DNA of 64,000 bases, from positions 1 through 64,000 of the IMG/VR virus record IMGVR_UViG_3300043395_001987; one strand, 5' to 3'. A program made the translations under genes and the position numbers. Positions 19,490-35,300 of the stretch are shown in pieces (positions within the stretch are counted from its first letter, which is position 1; the number at the start of each line of letters is the position of its first letter). The notes under the pieces were generated by a model, which did not search any database, was not told the DNA's origin, and saw only the letters and a program-made list of their open reading frames with translations. Source of the DNA: an uncultured virus (IMG/VR IMGVR_UViG_3300043395_001987). Taxonomy: Duplodnaviria > Heunggongvirae > Uroviricota > Caudoviricetes.

Positions 19490-21580
19490 TTATCTCACAT
19501 TGAATGCGTTTGCGGGTACAGGGAAAGTAGCTGTATATCTAGCTGCTCTTGTTACTCTAACATCATCTAAATAACCGGTAAATTTTTGTGTTGTATCCAA
19601 CAGGGCACCAACTGAGAATCCACCTTGTCCGTAGTTAGTTGTATCTGCTGCTGAACTTACAAGAGCTCCATTTTTAAAACCATATACCGTCGAGCCTGAT
19701 CTACTTACTGCCACGTGTGTCCATGTGTTAGAAGGAATTGTATCAGTAAAAGTAACGTTAGTACCAATACCAGAAAGTCCAATTGAAAAAGTAGTGCTAT
19801 TAAATTGTAAGAAAAATCCACCTGTACCTAAATTAAATAAACAAACTTGAGTTACAGACTGAGTAAAAGTTGGATATACCCACATTTCAACAGTAAAATC
19901 ACCAGTACCGAAATTTAACATTGGATTACTTATACCAGTTATTTGTCTTGAAGTACCATCAAAATAATAGCTGCCTTTACCAAATTTCTTTTGAGACTGA
20001 GAAATAGAAGCTGATCCCAATGTCTTTAAATTATTTTTACCTGTTTTATCAACAACACCGCCATTAGTTCCTTTTATATGCAAAACAGCATCACTATCTG
20101 TAGTTAGAGGTGATGAAGGAGGTGTAAAATCTGTTGTATATAATGCTCGACCTTTGATATATCTTATATCATACATATGACCTGTTACATAAGTAGTTCC
20201 CGCGGGATCCTTACCTGAAGTATATCTTAAATTATTTGTATAATTAAATGTATCAGAATAAGTACTTCCTACCTGAGTACCATTTACAAAAAGTTTAGTT
20301 GCGTTTGATATTTTACAAGCTGCAACATGATACCACTGCTGATAAAGTGCAGCATAAAGGCCACCAGGTGAAGTAATTCTATCAGCTGCAATCCCAGTAT
20401 CAGCAGCATAAGCAAAATTAGAACCATTATGGTAAACAATAATTCTATTGCCACTGCCTGTAGGATCAGTTAAATCAAACCAATCTTGCCTATTACCAGT
20501 ACCAGCTAAAGTTGGATATGTCCAAAATTCGATTGTGAAATCATCATTTGCAGTAAACAAAAGTGCAGAAGATCCAATATTACTTTGCAAATAATCTGTA
20601 CTTCCATTAAAATATATACTTCCACCATATGAAGTGTTACTATAAGTATCTGATGGATAAAAAGGTGAGAATGGCTGTACTGATAATGTGGAACCAGAGC
20701 TAGGTGTTACTGTATATTGATTTGATGAACTATCTTTAAATCTATTATCTTTACATGTTAAAAATAATGTATTACTTACAGATGAAAGTGGTCTAGTTGG
20801 TGGAGTAAAATTACTTGTGTATAAAGCAGTACCCACTACAAATCTAATATTAGAAGCCCATCCAGTATAATACAAATTAGGTGTCTGATTAGCTCCTATT
20901 CTAGGAGTAGAAAATGCAGTATATGTAGTATTATCCGTAGCTGTGGTGGCTTCAGCTACACCATTAATATAAAGAGTTGCTGTGCTTGAACCACTTGAAG
21001 ATTTTACCAATGCAAAATGATACCATTGATAAGGAGTCAACGTAGTATTACCACCAACTATTGTAGCACTATTGTTTATTCTTCCTTGTATTTTACTACT
21101 AACTATTCTCAATTCTATTGTTTGAGTTGCATTATAAAGCTTTACTAGAGGTATTTCAGCCGCTGAAACAGTCGTAGGAAAAAACCAACCTTCTAGTGTA
21201 TAGGAATTATTACCAACAGCTGTCATGTTGGTAGGAAGTGTTAAGTAGTCTGATGATCCACCAAAATAATTTGACCAACCAGTAGGGCTGAAAGGACTAA
21301 AAGATCCTTGCAGTGGTGAACCATTAACATTTATACTATATAAATTTGAGTATGTTGAATCATTTACATAGATTGTATTATTAACAAATTCACCTTCTTC
21401 ACCATTTAATAATAAAACAGTGTTGTTAAAGGAAGTATCTCTGAGTGTTGTATCTACAGGCCATGTTTGACCTGACATACCTGTTATAACACTATTTAAA
21501 GACCAAACCCCGTTAATTGAGTTGGTATTCAAAGTGTTAATACTACCCGACAATCCACCGTCGAGTTTGGTTCTAGGCAT
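19490..21580 (-). CDS. LamG/concanavalin A-like lectin protein (three domains), paralogue of 17377-19488
   Basis: Same domain layout and the same FSP(F/Y)SP.GWS.YF and GGSIYF.G linkers. Start moved to MPRTK at 21580 (TAATG overlap with the upstream stop). Confidence 0.85.
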   Translation of the reverse strand: MPRTKLDGGLSGSINTLNTNSINGVWSLNSVITGMSGQTWPVDTTLRDTSFNNTVLLLNGEEGEFVNNTIYVNDSTYSNLYSINVNGSPLQGSFSPFSPTGWSNYFGGSSDYLTLPTNMTAVGNNSYTLEGWFFPTTVSAAEIPLVKLYNATQTIELRIVSSKIQGRINNSATIVGGNTTLTPYQWYHFALVKSSSGSSTATLYINGVAEATTATDNTTYTAFSTPRIGANQTPNLYYTGWASNIRFVVGTALYTSNFTPPTRPLSSVSNTLFLTCKDNRFKDSSSNQYTVTPSSGSTLSVQPFSPFYPSDTYSNTSYGGSIYFNGSTDYLQSNIGSSALLFTANDDFTIEFWTYPTLAGTGNRQDWFDLTDPTGSGNRIIVYHNGSNFAYAADTGIAADRITSPGGLYAALYQQWYHVAACKISNATKLFVNGTQVGSTYSDTFNYTNNLRYTSGKDPAGTTYVTGHMYDIRYIKGRALYTTDFTPPSSPLTTDSDAVLHIKGTNGGVVDKTGKNNLKTLGSASISQSQKKFGKGSYYFDGTSRQITGISNPMLNFGTGDFTVEMWVYPTFTQSVTQVCLFNLGTGGFFLQFNSTTFSIGLSGIGTNVTFTDTIPSNTWTHVAVSRSGSTVYGFKNGALVSSAADTTNYGQGGFSVGALLDTTQKFTGYLDDVRVTRAARYTATFPVPANAFNVR

Positions 21581-21936
21581 TAGCTTATTTGCTCCCAACT
21601 ACAAATAGCCTGCAATGCAGCATTAGCTGATGCAGTGAGTTGGATTGAAGAATTTTCAAGTATATAAAAAGTAGTATCTTTACCAACAACAGTAAGTGCA
21701 GAGTTTGCAGGTACAACAACGTTTTTAACAACAGATGTGTTAGAACCATTAACATTCAATTCAACAGTTACTGAATAAGGGTTTGCATTTATATTAGCAA
21801 CGTTGATAGAATTGATTTTATAAATTGTATTAGTACCTGTAGCATTCTGAACTATATTTGCAGTCGTCGTAGAGACGTTCATATATGCTGTGTTACCAAA
21901 AATACTAGTGATGTTTACTATATTTGGGTTTGCCAT
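21580..21936 (-). CDS. Small virion structural/adaptor protein
   Basis: MANPNIVN.TSI.G.T...KIN.I.VAN...VPA...L......Y..E......A......SWEQI, a beta-rich domain common in phage fibre loci. Confidence 0.65.
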   Translation of the reverse strand: MANPNIVNITSIFGNTAYMNVSTTTANIVQNATGTNTIYKINSINVANINANPYSVTVELNVNGSNTSVVKNVVVPANSALTVVGKDTTFYILENSSIQLTASANAALQAICSWEQIS

Positions 21937-21943
21937 TTATATA

Positions 21944-22516
21944 TTATCCTCCAAAAATTATATTCATGGCAATAGATTTGCCTAGTGAAATTCCACCCGA
22001 TGAACCTGTAAATCCAATTGATCCTGTGAACCCGGCGGGATCACCTTTGGATCCGGTATAACCAACAGGAGATCCTTGTGATCCAGTATAACCGCGAGGA
22101 CCTGGTTGTGTTGCAATGTCTACCCACTGTTCTGATGTACTATCATTATAATAAATTTTTAATGTTGCTGTATTACTATTAAACCAAAGATATCCTTGAG
22201 CTGCTGCACCCGGTACAGTATCAGAAACCGTAACTGAAGCACCTCCTCCACCACCAGTTCCACCAACACCCGCTGATCCTGTATAACCCCTTAAACCCTG
22301 ATCACCTTGCGAACCAGTATAACCAGGAGTAGTGCTGACTGGGCCTATTTCTCCCTGTGAGCCAGTATAACCCAAATCACCCTTTGATCCGGAGTAACCA
22401 ATAGTTGTAGATGAAGCACGCCAATATCCGCCGCCAGAACTAGACCAAATCCAAGTTCTGTCTCCTACTGAATACGATTGCCCTTCAACAGGACTATTAG
22501 GAAAATTTATAGCCAT
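21944..22516 (-). CDS. Collagen-like adaptor fibre
   Basis: MAINFP N-terminal module, GYTGSx repeats, internal S.T.P...G.LWFNS...L.IYY.D...QWV module, C-terminal GKSIAM.IIFG. Confidence 0.7.
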   Translation of the reverse strand: MAINFPNSPVEGQSYSVGDRTWIWSSSGGGYWRASSTTIGYSGSKGDLGYTGSQGEIGPVSTTPGYTGSQGDQGLRGYTGSAGVGGTGGGGGASVTVSDTVPGAAAQGYLWFNSNTATLKIYYNDSTSEQWVDIATQPGPRGYTGSQGSPVGYTGSKGDPAGFTGSIGFTGSSGGISLGKSIAMNIIFGG

Positions 22517-22536
22517 TAATTATTTCTCTTTATACG

Positions 22537-22544
22537 TATTTATT
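22537..22544 (-). promoter_or_regulatory. Late promoter-like AATAAATA
   Basis: NATAAATA about 21 bp upstream of the 22516 start. Confidence 0.45.
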
Positions 22545-23386
22545 CAATATGCTTGGGTATTAGTATTAGGAAATGTTCTAGTATTATTAAGTCCCCATAT
22601 TATTCTTACAACACCATTTGCACCATATCCCGGTACTTGTACATACCATCCACCTCTACCACCTCCTCCTCCATATAACCCACCTGGTCCACCTACACCA
22701 TTGTTTCTAGTTACACCATCTGCACCAGATGAACCTGATTTTCCACCTTCACCACCGGAACCAGGACCTTGGTTACCGCCTCTCCCACCCGCACCAGCAT
22801 TACCTTGACCATATATTCCTACACCACCACCACCGCCGCCATCTTCAAACCAACCATTACCATTATGCAACATTGCAGCACCACCGCCACCAGAACCACC
22901 AGAACCGGGATTGCCATTTGCGGTTAGACCATTACCACCATCACCCCCATTGCCATTATACCCACCAGCACCTCCTGCTCCTGAAATGCCGGTTCCTCCA
23001 CTTCCGCCTCCTGTTCCAGCCCATCCACCACCACTTGCAGGATTATAATTACCAGAAATACCTCCGCTGCCTCTTACAGTGGATGTACTAAAAAAGAAAC
23101 TGTTAGTTGCATTAGCTGAAGGAGTCTGTCCTCCTAAACCCACGGATAAATTATAGGTATTACCTGGTACTACGGAAATATTGTTTCTCCATCCTAAACC
23201 ACCACCACCTCCGCTTCTAGAAGCAGCACCTGTACCACATCCTCCTCCGCCTATACAAAGAACTGTTACATTATAAACACCCGGTGGACATGTCCATATA
23301 TAATCACCTGGTGTTGTATACAAAGATTCACCTGGCTCACTATTATACTTTGCATTAGTGCCTATTACTGAATTAACAATAGACAT
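22544..23386 (-). CDS. Glycine-rich adhesin-like protein
   Basis: TPG.Y.WTCP.GV..V.VLCIGGGG...GGGGGLGW.NNI.V.PG, many Gly runs, ending G..G.VRIIWG..R.FP. Confidence 0.75.
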   Translation of the reverse strand: MSIVNSVIGTNAKYNSEPGESLYTTPGDYIWTCPPGVYNVTVLCIGGGGCGTGAASRSGGGGGLGWRNNISVVPGNTYNLSVGLGGQTPSANATNSFFFSTSTVRGSGGISGNYNPASGGGWAGTGGGSGGTGISGAGGAGGYNGNGGDGGNGLTANGNPGSGGSGGGGAAMLHNGNGWFEDGGGGGGVGIYGQGNAGAGGRGGNQGPGSGGEGGKSGSSGADGVTRNNGVGGPGGLYGGGGGRGGWYVQVPGYGANGVVRIIWGLNNTRTFPNTNTQAY

Positions 23387-25044
23387 TAGAATAGATTTCC
23401 ACTTATTGTAAATGTATTAGAATATTGAACACATATAATAGTAGCTAAACCTCTTTGTAATAATGTTCTATTACCTGTATTTGCAGTACCTGCCCAATAC
23501 ATTGTTGTACCAGTATTAGCAATAATAGTAATATTTGCACTAGTATTATTGAATATTGTACAGTTAAATCCTGTAAGAACAACATCACTATTAATTGTAA
23601 CATTACTAGTGGTGGATAATAAAGAACCATTATCACCATTTGCAATAACATATGAAGTAGATTTTTCATATACAGGAAGATCAGTTGTTCCTCGTGAACC
23701 AGTGTATCCTACAGGTCCTAAAAATCCATGTGATGATATTTCTACCCATTGTGAACTATCACCATCACTAGTATAAACTAATTCAATACCATAATCAGAA
23801 TTAAACCATCTATCACCATCTAATGGACTTGGAGGTGCAGTATTAGCAATTGTATATGCTCCTCCTGATCCATTCAATCCTCTTGAACCCGTATAACCTA
23901 TAGAACCGGTAAAGCCAGTACCACCAGAACCCGTGAATCCAACAGAACCAGTGTAACCAGCTCCTGTAGATCCAGTAAAACCAACTGAACCAGTATATCC
24001 TATAGAACCTGTAAAACCAACTGAACCTGTATAACCGACCGAGCCTGTAAACCCAATCGAGCCAGTAAAACCAACTGAACCCGTATATCCTATAGAACCC
24101 TGTGAACCAGCATACCCAGTAACAGTTGAAGAATAAACAACACCAGCATTATACAAACCTGCAGCTTTGGCATGAGCTAATATTCTAGCATCTGAAAGTT
24201 TAGACCCACTATAATAAACCGTATGTGATCTAATGTTGGGAGATTGACCATCTGTAGTTGGATTATAACCAATACCAAATGTAGTTGATGTACCGCCTGT
24301 TGGTTCATTTACATATGAAGCAGTTGCGACCTTTATTCCATTTAAATACACTGTTAAGGTTTTCGCTGTACTATCTTTTACAACTACAAAATGATTGGGA
24401 ACACCGTTTACAACCCATGCATCTAATGAAGTTAATTGATCTGTACCATTACCATATTCCCAGAATATAGCAATTTGACCAGTATTTTGAATTCTAATAA
24501 TAAACTGATAATTTACTGGTGCAGTTTCTCCAGTCGCACCAATATTGGCTACATAGATTGGATTAGTTCCATTTAAATTAGGTATTAAAACAGTTTCCCA
24601 AGTCCAGTCACCAGTTATAGGAGCTGAAAGCCCCATCAACGATGATGAGGCAGCTCCTGCAGTAGTACTTGAAAATAATATACCATTAGCACTTGTATTG
24701 GAAGGATAAACAGGACCAAATGCTTGAGTATATGTACCACTTAATGTCAAATTGCCAGCAGGTGCATACGAACCATAGTTAATTACACTACCAGCTACTT
24801 CGTTAAATTTATACCAGAGATAAGGTGTATCTATAGAAATTTCTTGATCTAGAGAATTTACACCTACAATATATCCTGGTATACCCTGTGAACCTGTATA
24901 ACCTATATCACCTTTTGATCCAGTGAAACCAATTGCAAGTGTGTTGGCTTGCCATAATCCATAGTTATTTGCCCAGTACCAAGTCTGGTTTCCATATGTG
25001 TATATTTGATTATTAGATGGATTGCTAGGAAAATTAATTGCCAT
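23386..25044 (-). CDS. Collagen-like fibre with a LamG domain
   Basis: MAINFP module, LamG-like domain, GYTGS/GFTGS repeats, GDRW..SD.G...QWV module, C-terminal GNRTL domain. Confidence 0.75.
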   Translation of the reverse strand: MAINFPSNPSNNQIYTYGNQTWYWANNYGLWQANTLAIGFTGSKGDIGYTGSQGIPGYIVGVNSLDQEISIDTPYLWYKFNEVAGSVINYGSYAPAGNLTLSGTYTQAFGPVYPSNTSANGILFSSTTAGAASSSLMGLSAPITGDWTWETVLIPNLNGTNPIYVANIGATGETAPVNYQFIIRIQNTGQIAIFWEYGNGTDQLTSLDAWVVNGVPNHFVVVKDSTAKTLTVYLNGIKVATASYVNEPTGGTSTTFGIGYNPTTDGQSPNIRSHTVYYSGSKLSDARILAHAKAAGLYNAGVVYSSTVTGYAGSQGSIGYTGSVGFTGSIGFTGSVGYTGSVGFTGSIGYTGSVGFTGSTGAGYTGSVGFTGSGGTGFTGSIGYTGSRGLNGSGGAYTIANTAPPSPLDGDRWFNSDYGIELVYTSDGDSSQWVEISSHGFLGPVGYTGSRGTTDLPVYEKSTSYVIANGDNGSLLSTTSNVTINSDVVLTGFNCTIFNNTSANITIIANTGTTMYWAGTANTGNRTLLQRGLATIICVQYSNTFTISGNLF

Positions 25045-25047
25045 TTA

Positions 25048-30012
<4,965 letters not shown>

Positions 30013-30042
30013 ATGGCCCTCTTACAAACAGTATATACTGTG

Positions 30043-30246
30043 TTAATTATCTAAAGATTCGTTTTTCTTTGTTTTGGAATTTGCTTTATCTAAAGCTTTT
30101 TGTAATTCCTCAACTTTACTATTTAGGTTTGTATTTTGCTTCTCATAAAAAGCAATCTGAGCTGATTGCAAGATATTACTCTTGGTCAGCTCAGTTACCA
30201 TATTCGTTAATTTTTCCACGTAGATATTATATAACTCAGGACCCAT
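30043..30246 (-). CDS. Small coiled-coil protein
   Basis: 67 aa heptad-rich ORF fitting exactly between two fibre genes on the same strand. Confidence 0.65.
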   Translation of the reverse strand: MGPELYNIYVEKLTNMVTELTKSNILQSAQIAFYEKQNTNLNSKVEELQKALDKANSKTKKNESLDN

Positions 30247-30264
30247 AATATAGAACTTTCACTA

Positions 30265-31848
30265 TCAGAATGAACCGCCGTCTAATGATCCATAATAGAG
30301 GTTAGTACCATCTGATTGTAGAACATATCCAGCAGCCCCAGCAGTTAATTTCTGAAGACCTGATGTTGTATTACCAACAAGTAAATCACCATCAGTGTAT
30401 GTCTTAAATCCAGTACCACCTGATCCATATCCAAGAGCAGTTGAAAGAGTCAAGGTATTAGCCTGAATAGCAACTGTTAGTGAATTTGTACCAGTAATAT
30501 TAAGTGCTGTTGAATTAGAAACTAATGCACCTGAATCTAAGTATGCTTTAAGAGTAGCTTGATGATATGAACCATCTCCAGTATCAACGAATGTTGTAGG
30601 TGTTACTGTTAATCCATCAAATAACTTATAAACACCATCTGATGCATCACGGAAGAAGCCAGTATGTTCATGACCACCACCGTTATTATTATAGTTACCA
30701 AAGAAACCAATATCAATAAGGTCTGTTTGAGTATTGTTAGCAGCAAGTTGAATTAACGGATCAGTTACAATGTAAGATTCGACGTTTGAGAATACTGCAT
30801 TACCAGTAATATGTAAGTCACCACCAATATAGAAGTCATGATAAACTGTGCCAGTGTTAGCAATAAAATTACTATTTACTGAAAGATTATGAATTTCAAT
30901 TGTGTTAGCAGATGATGTTATATAAGATGAACTATCAGAACCAAGTCTTAGTTGAGTAAACCAACCAGTATTATAAACTGCTCCAACAGAACCGATATCA
31001 AATGAATTATCTGAGGTTGGAATTACAGTACCATAAAGACTACCGTTGAGAGTAACTCTATCTTGAATTGCATCACCAAGAACAACATTACCGTTGAGTG
31101 TAGTTTGGCCATTTACTGTTAATGAATCAAATGTTTGAGTAACAGAAGGATTAATATGTACGCCTGTACTATTTGATACAAGACCTGTACCTGCAACTAC
31201 TGCAATTGTTGGTGTTGAAGATTCACCAGTACCACCAGTTACTGATGTACCATTACCTGCCGTGATACTTTGGACATAATCACCATCTGTATCAACACCA
31301 AGTGTTACACCGTTTGCATTGGTAATTGTAACATTAAGTGTTGCATCACCTAGATTATTAAATGTAACGTTACCAGTTGCATCACCAGAAAGGGTAAGTT
31401 TTGGTGAACGGTTGATTGTAGTTACAAATAGATTTTCAATAGTTGTGTTGGCAGCTGAAAGATAAAGATTACCAGAGAGTGTTCTGGAATCTGTATTTTG
31501 AACAAATGAAGGTCCGGCTGCAGCTGTTGTTGACCAGAATAATTTACCAGATCCATCTACTGCAAGAACGGAACCCGATGGACCATAAGAACCATTTGCA
31601 GAAAGACTGTCAATAGTTGCATTGGCTGTTTTGATTTGATTGAGCCAACCAGTACTGTTTGCAACAAGTGCTTGGTTAGCTGTAAGAATACCAGGATTTC
31701 TTTCACCTGCGATAGGTAAAACAGAACCGAAATTACCGATATAAACGACATTACCAGAGGCTGTAAATGCCAATTCACCATTGGCCAGCGACCCCGGCTG
31801 TGCTGTGGTTTGTGAACGTTTAATTTGTAATAAATTTGGGGACGCCAT
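30265..31848 (-). CDS. Tail fibre protein
   Basis: LQIKRS...P.SL..GELA N-terminal domain. DIGF.GNY...H.GFFRD domain shared with 25048-30012. C-terminal LDGGSF. Confidence 0.75.
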   Translation of the reverse strand: MASPNLLQIKRSQTTAQPGSLANGELAFTASGNVVYIGNFGSVLPIAGERNPGILTANQALVANSTGWLNQIKTANATIDSLSANGSYGPSGSVLAVDGSGKLFWSTTAAAGPSFVQNTDSRTLSGNLYLSAANTTIENLFVTTINRSPKLTLSGDATGNVTFNNLGDATLNVTITNANGVTLGVDTDGDYVQSITAGNGTSVTGGTGESSTPTIAVVAGTGLVSNSTGVHINPSVTQTFDSLTVNGQTTLNGNVVLGDAIQDRVTLNGSLYGTVIPTSDNSFDIGSVGAVYNTGWFTQLRLGSDSSSYITSSANTIEIHNLSVNSNFIANTGTVYHDFYIGGDLHITGNAVFSNVESYIVTDPLIQLAANNTQTDLIDIGFFGNYNNNGGGHEHTGFFRDASDGVYKLFDGLTVTPTTFVDTGDGSYHQATLKAYLDSGALVSNSTALNITGTNSLTVAIQANTLTLSTALGYGSGGTGFKTYTDGDLLVGNTTSGLQKLTAGAAGYVLQSDGTNLYYGSLDGGSF

Positions 31849-32261
31849 TAAAAGTCTCCTCCGTCGAGTGTTTGATTTGAAATTTCAAGTGGTAGTATTG
31901 TATATTTATCAGATTCGGACACGTAAGTCAAAATATATCCATTCGCCGGCATACCCACTACAACATCATCTAAACCTGCTAATGTACTTGATCCTCTTGA
32001 ACCCGTATATCCAAAAGAGCCAGTATATCCCTGAGACCCGGTATAACCCTGTGAACCTGTGTATCCAAATTCACCTTGGGAGCCCTGATAACCTACGGAA
32101 CCTCGATATCCGGTCTCACCTCGAGAACCTTGATAACCAACTGATCCCTGAAACCCAACAGTGCCCACGTTTTGCCAACGTGAGCCATCCCATCTCCAGG
32201 TTTTGCCGCCGGTGACTACTTCATCACCAATTTGCGGACTGTTAGGAAAAACTAATGCCAT
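31848..32261 (-). CDS. Short collagen-like linker protein
   Basis: MALVFP.SP..GD...GKTW.WDG.RW module, collagen tract, L..L.DV, C-terminal LDGGDF. Confidence 0.7.
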   Translation of the reverse strand: MALVFPNSPQIGDEVVTGGKTWRWDGSRWQNVGTVGFQGSVGYQGSRGETGYRGSVGYQGSQGEFGYTGSQGYTGSQGYTGSFGYTGSRGSSTLAGLDDVVVGMPANGYILTYVSESDKYTILPLEISNQTLDGGDF

Positions 32262-32282
32262 CTATTCTTTACCATTTTATAT

Positions 32283-32290
32283 TATTTATT
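32283..32290 (-). promoter_or_regulatory. Late promoter-like AATAAATA
   Basis: NATAAATA in the intergenic gap about 22 bp upstream of the 32261 start. Confidence 0.45.
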
Positions 32291-32305
32291 TCTTGTAAAA
32301 ACATA

Positions 32306-35300
32306 TCAGTTACGTATAAATCTGCCAGTAAATCTTGGTTGTGAAGCAGTTGGTGTATTATCAGTTAATTGTGAACCTGCAGCTGCATTTTGATAAACAA
32401 ACAATTCAAAATAATCACTAGCAGAAGCATAAACAATTTCTGATATTGTTACTGCAACTGAAGTACCATATGCTGGTATTTTCATACCATTTCTTAGAGC
32501 TGATCCATTTTTATAAATTGCAATACTTACAGTACCAGTATTACTATTAGTTAAACCTGAGAAAGATACATGGCCTTCTAAATGATAATAACCTGTTTGT
32601 TGTGGTGTGAATGAACTACTAGCAACCTCAGCATTTAAATCGTAATCAGTTGTATTAAATGTTACTTTAGTCCAGTTGTTATTAGCAATTGATTGTTGAG
32701 TAGTTTTTCTTAAACCGAAATTAGATCCTGTAACTACTGCTTGTGATCCTGTATATCCTATTGCACCTTGTGAACCAACATAACCTACGGATCCAACATA
32801 ACCTTCAGAACCAACATACCCTGCATCACCCACTGAACCTGTGAATCCAAGTGAACCAGAATATCCTATATCACCTTGTGAGCCAACATAGCCTGAACCA
32901 ATAGATCCAGTGAATCCCGCTGAACCAGTTGATCCGGTAAACCCTGTTGACCCTGTAAATCCTGCACCTGTGGAACCAGTATATCCAAGAGAACCTGCAG
33001 GTCCTTGAGGTCCTGTCAAACCAATTGAACCTTGTGATCCTGTGTATCCGTTAGTACCTGCTGAGCCTGTATATCCGCCTGCAGGACCAGCAGAACCAGT
33101 GAATCCCATTTCACCAGGAGGTCCACCTGCGGTAATACCTAACCATACTTGTTCAGGTTCATAATAGATACTCAATATACCTGTATTAGAATCTAACCAT
33201 AACAGCCCATCCCACTGTATAGCTGGTGTTGTATCACTAACAATAACGTTAGCTATACCTTCAGAACCAACATAACCAACTTCACCTTGTGAACCAGTGT
33301 AACCGAGTGATCCTGTAAATCCTATACCTCTAGACCCAGTAAATCCTTTATCACCTTGTGAACCTACAAATCCTGTGTCTCCACGTGATCCTGTATAACC
33401 AATAGATCCAGTGTAACCTAAATCACCTCTAGAACCGACATAGCCTTGAGATCCATCATAACCTGCACCTGTCGATCCTGTAAATCCTTGATCACCTTGA
33501 GAACCCGCATACCCTACATCACCTTGTGAACCAACATAACCAGCACCGGTAGAACCAGTATAACCTAAATCCCCCTGTGATCCCGTATATCCCAAATCAC
33601 CTTGTGATCCAGAATATCCTAATGATCCCGAATAACCTATTTCACCCTGTGATCCTGCATAACCTACAGAACCTGTATATCCTATTGATCCAGTATATCC
33701 AATAGAACCAGTATAACCATAACCCCCTTGTGAACCTACAGAACCAACATAACCTGCATCACCTCTATCACCAATTCTTGCTAAAGTAAGAACTGAAATG
33801 GTTGCATCTGGAATCGATGAATCACCAGATAAGAATGAAATAGGAACAGTTGAATATGTTGAGTTATCAATTGGACTATTAATGATTGCAAATAAAGCAT
33901 AATTATTTGTGTTGGTACTTGAGGTAATCTTAAAGTGACCTTTAATACCTGAAGTAGAAGCACCAATAACTAGAAGAGAATTGAATATGTAAGTTAAATC
34001 AAGTGCATTTTTATTAATATAAAGAGTATTAGCATTATTAAAAGTAGTATTGCTAAATCTTAAAGTACCTGTACCAGGATCTGCTGCTTCAGTGTTTGCA
34101 CTAAAATAGAATAGATAATTATAACCAGCAAATTGACCAGGTTGGCCTTCTATACCTTGAGAACCAGTAAATCCTCTATCACCTTGAGATCCAGTGTAGC
34201 CAATAGAACCAGTATATCCTAGATCACCTTGAGAACCTACGTAGCCTTCTGAACCAACATATCCAGCACCCGTTGAACCAGTATAGCCGAGATCACCTAC
34301 TGATCCAGTAAATCCTATATCACCTTGTGGTCCAGCTGGGCCTGTATCGCCCTGTGATCCAGTAAATCCTTGATCACCCTGAGAACCTACATAACCAGCC
34401 CCCTGAGAACCTGTATAACCTAAATCACCTTGTGAACCAACATAGCCTTCAGAACCAGTAAATCCTGTTCCCTGTGATCCAGTATAACCTAAAACCCCTT
34501 GTATACCCTGTGATCCTGTGTATCCCAAAGAACCAGAGTAACCTAATGAACCTGAATATCCAAGAGGTCCAATATTACCCTGTATACCTTGATCACCTTT
34601 AGAACCCGTAAAGCCCTCTGATCCTGTATATCCTATAGATCCTGTATAACCAAAGGAACCAGTATATCCCAGATCACCATAAGATCCAGTATAACCAATA
34701 TCCCCTTTAGAACCTGTATAACCAAAAGAGCCAGTATATCCTATTGATCCTGTATAGCCAATAGAACCAGTGTAACCTAAATCACCATAAGAACCTGTAT
34801 AACCAATATCACCCTTAGAACCAGTATATCCTATTGATCCTGTATAACCAATAGATCCAGTATAGCCTCTTACACCCTGATCACCTTGAGAACCAGTGAA
34901 TCCTAGTGAACCAACATATCCTGTAGAACCAGTATAACCTAAAGATCCTGTGTAACCAAAAGAACCCGTATATCCTAATGAACCAGCATAACCTGTTATT
35001 CCTTGGTCACCTTTGGAACCAGTAAAGCCTGTTGAACCCAAATAACCCGCTGAGCCAGTATAACCGGTGTCACCAATATCACCAGTACGAGCAAAAGTTA
35101 GAACAACATTAGATTCATTAGTATAGTCAGAATTGCCTGAAACAAAGCTTACTGGAACAATAAAGTAGTTGCTAATAAATTGATGTTCACCTATAATATT
35201 AAATATAGATGATTTACCTACTTCATCCAAGCTATTGATAGAAAATTGACCTTTAATAGCTGATGTTGAGTCATCAATTGTTTGTAAGAATGAGTATGTT

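Noticed and set aside
30265..31848. Apparent enrichment of N-x-S/T sequons in fibre proteins
   Set aside because: A hand count gave about 15 sequons among about 49 Asn, only modestly above what the high Ser/Thr content predicts. No HMW1C/GT41-type enzyme was recognised. A proper shuffle test is needed.
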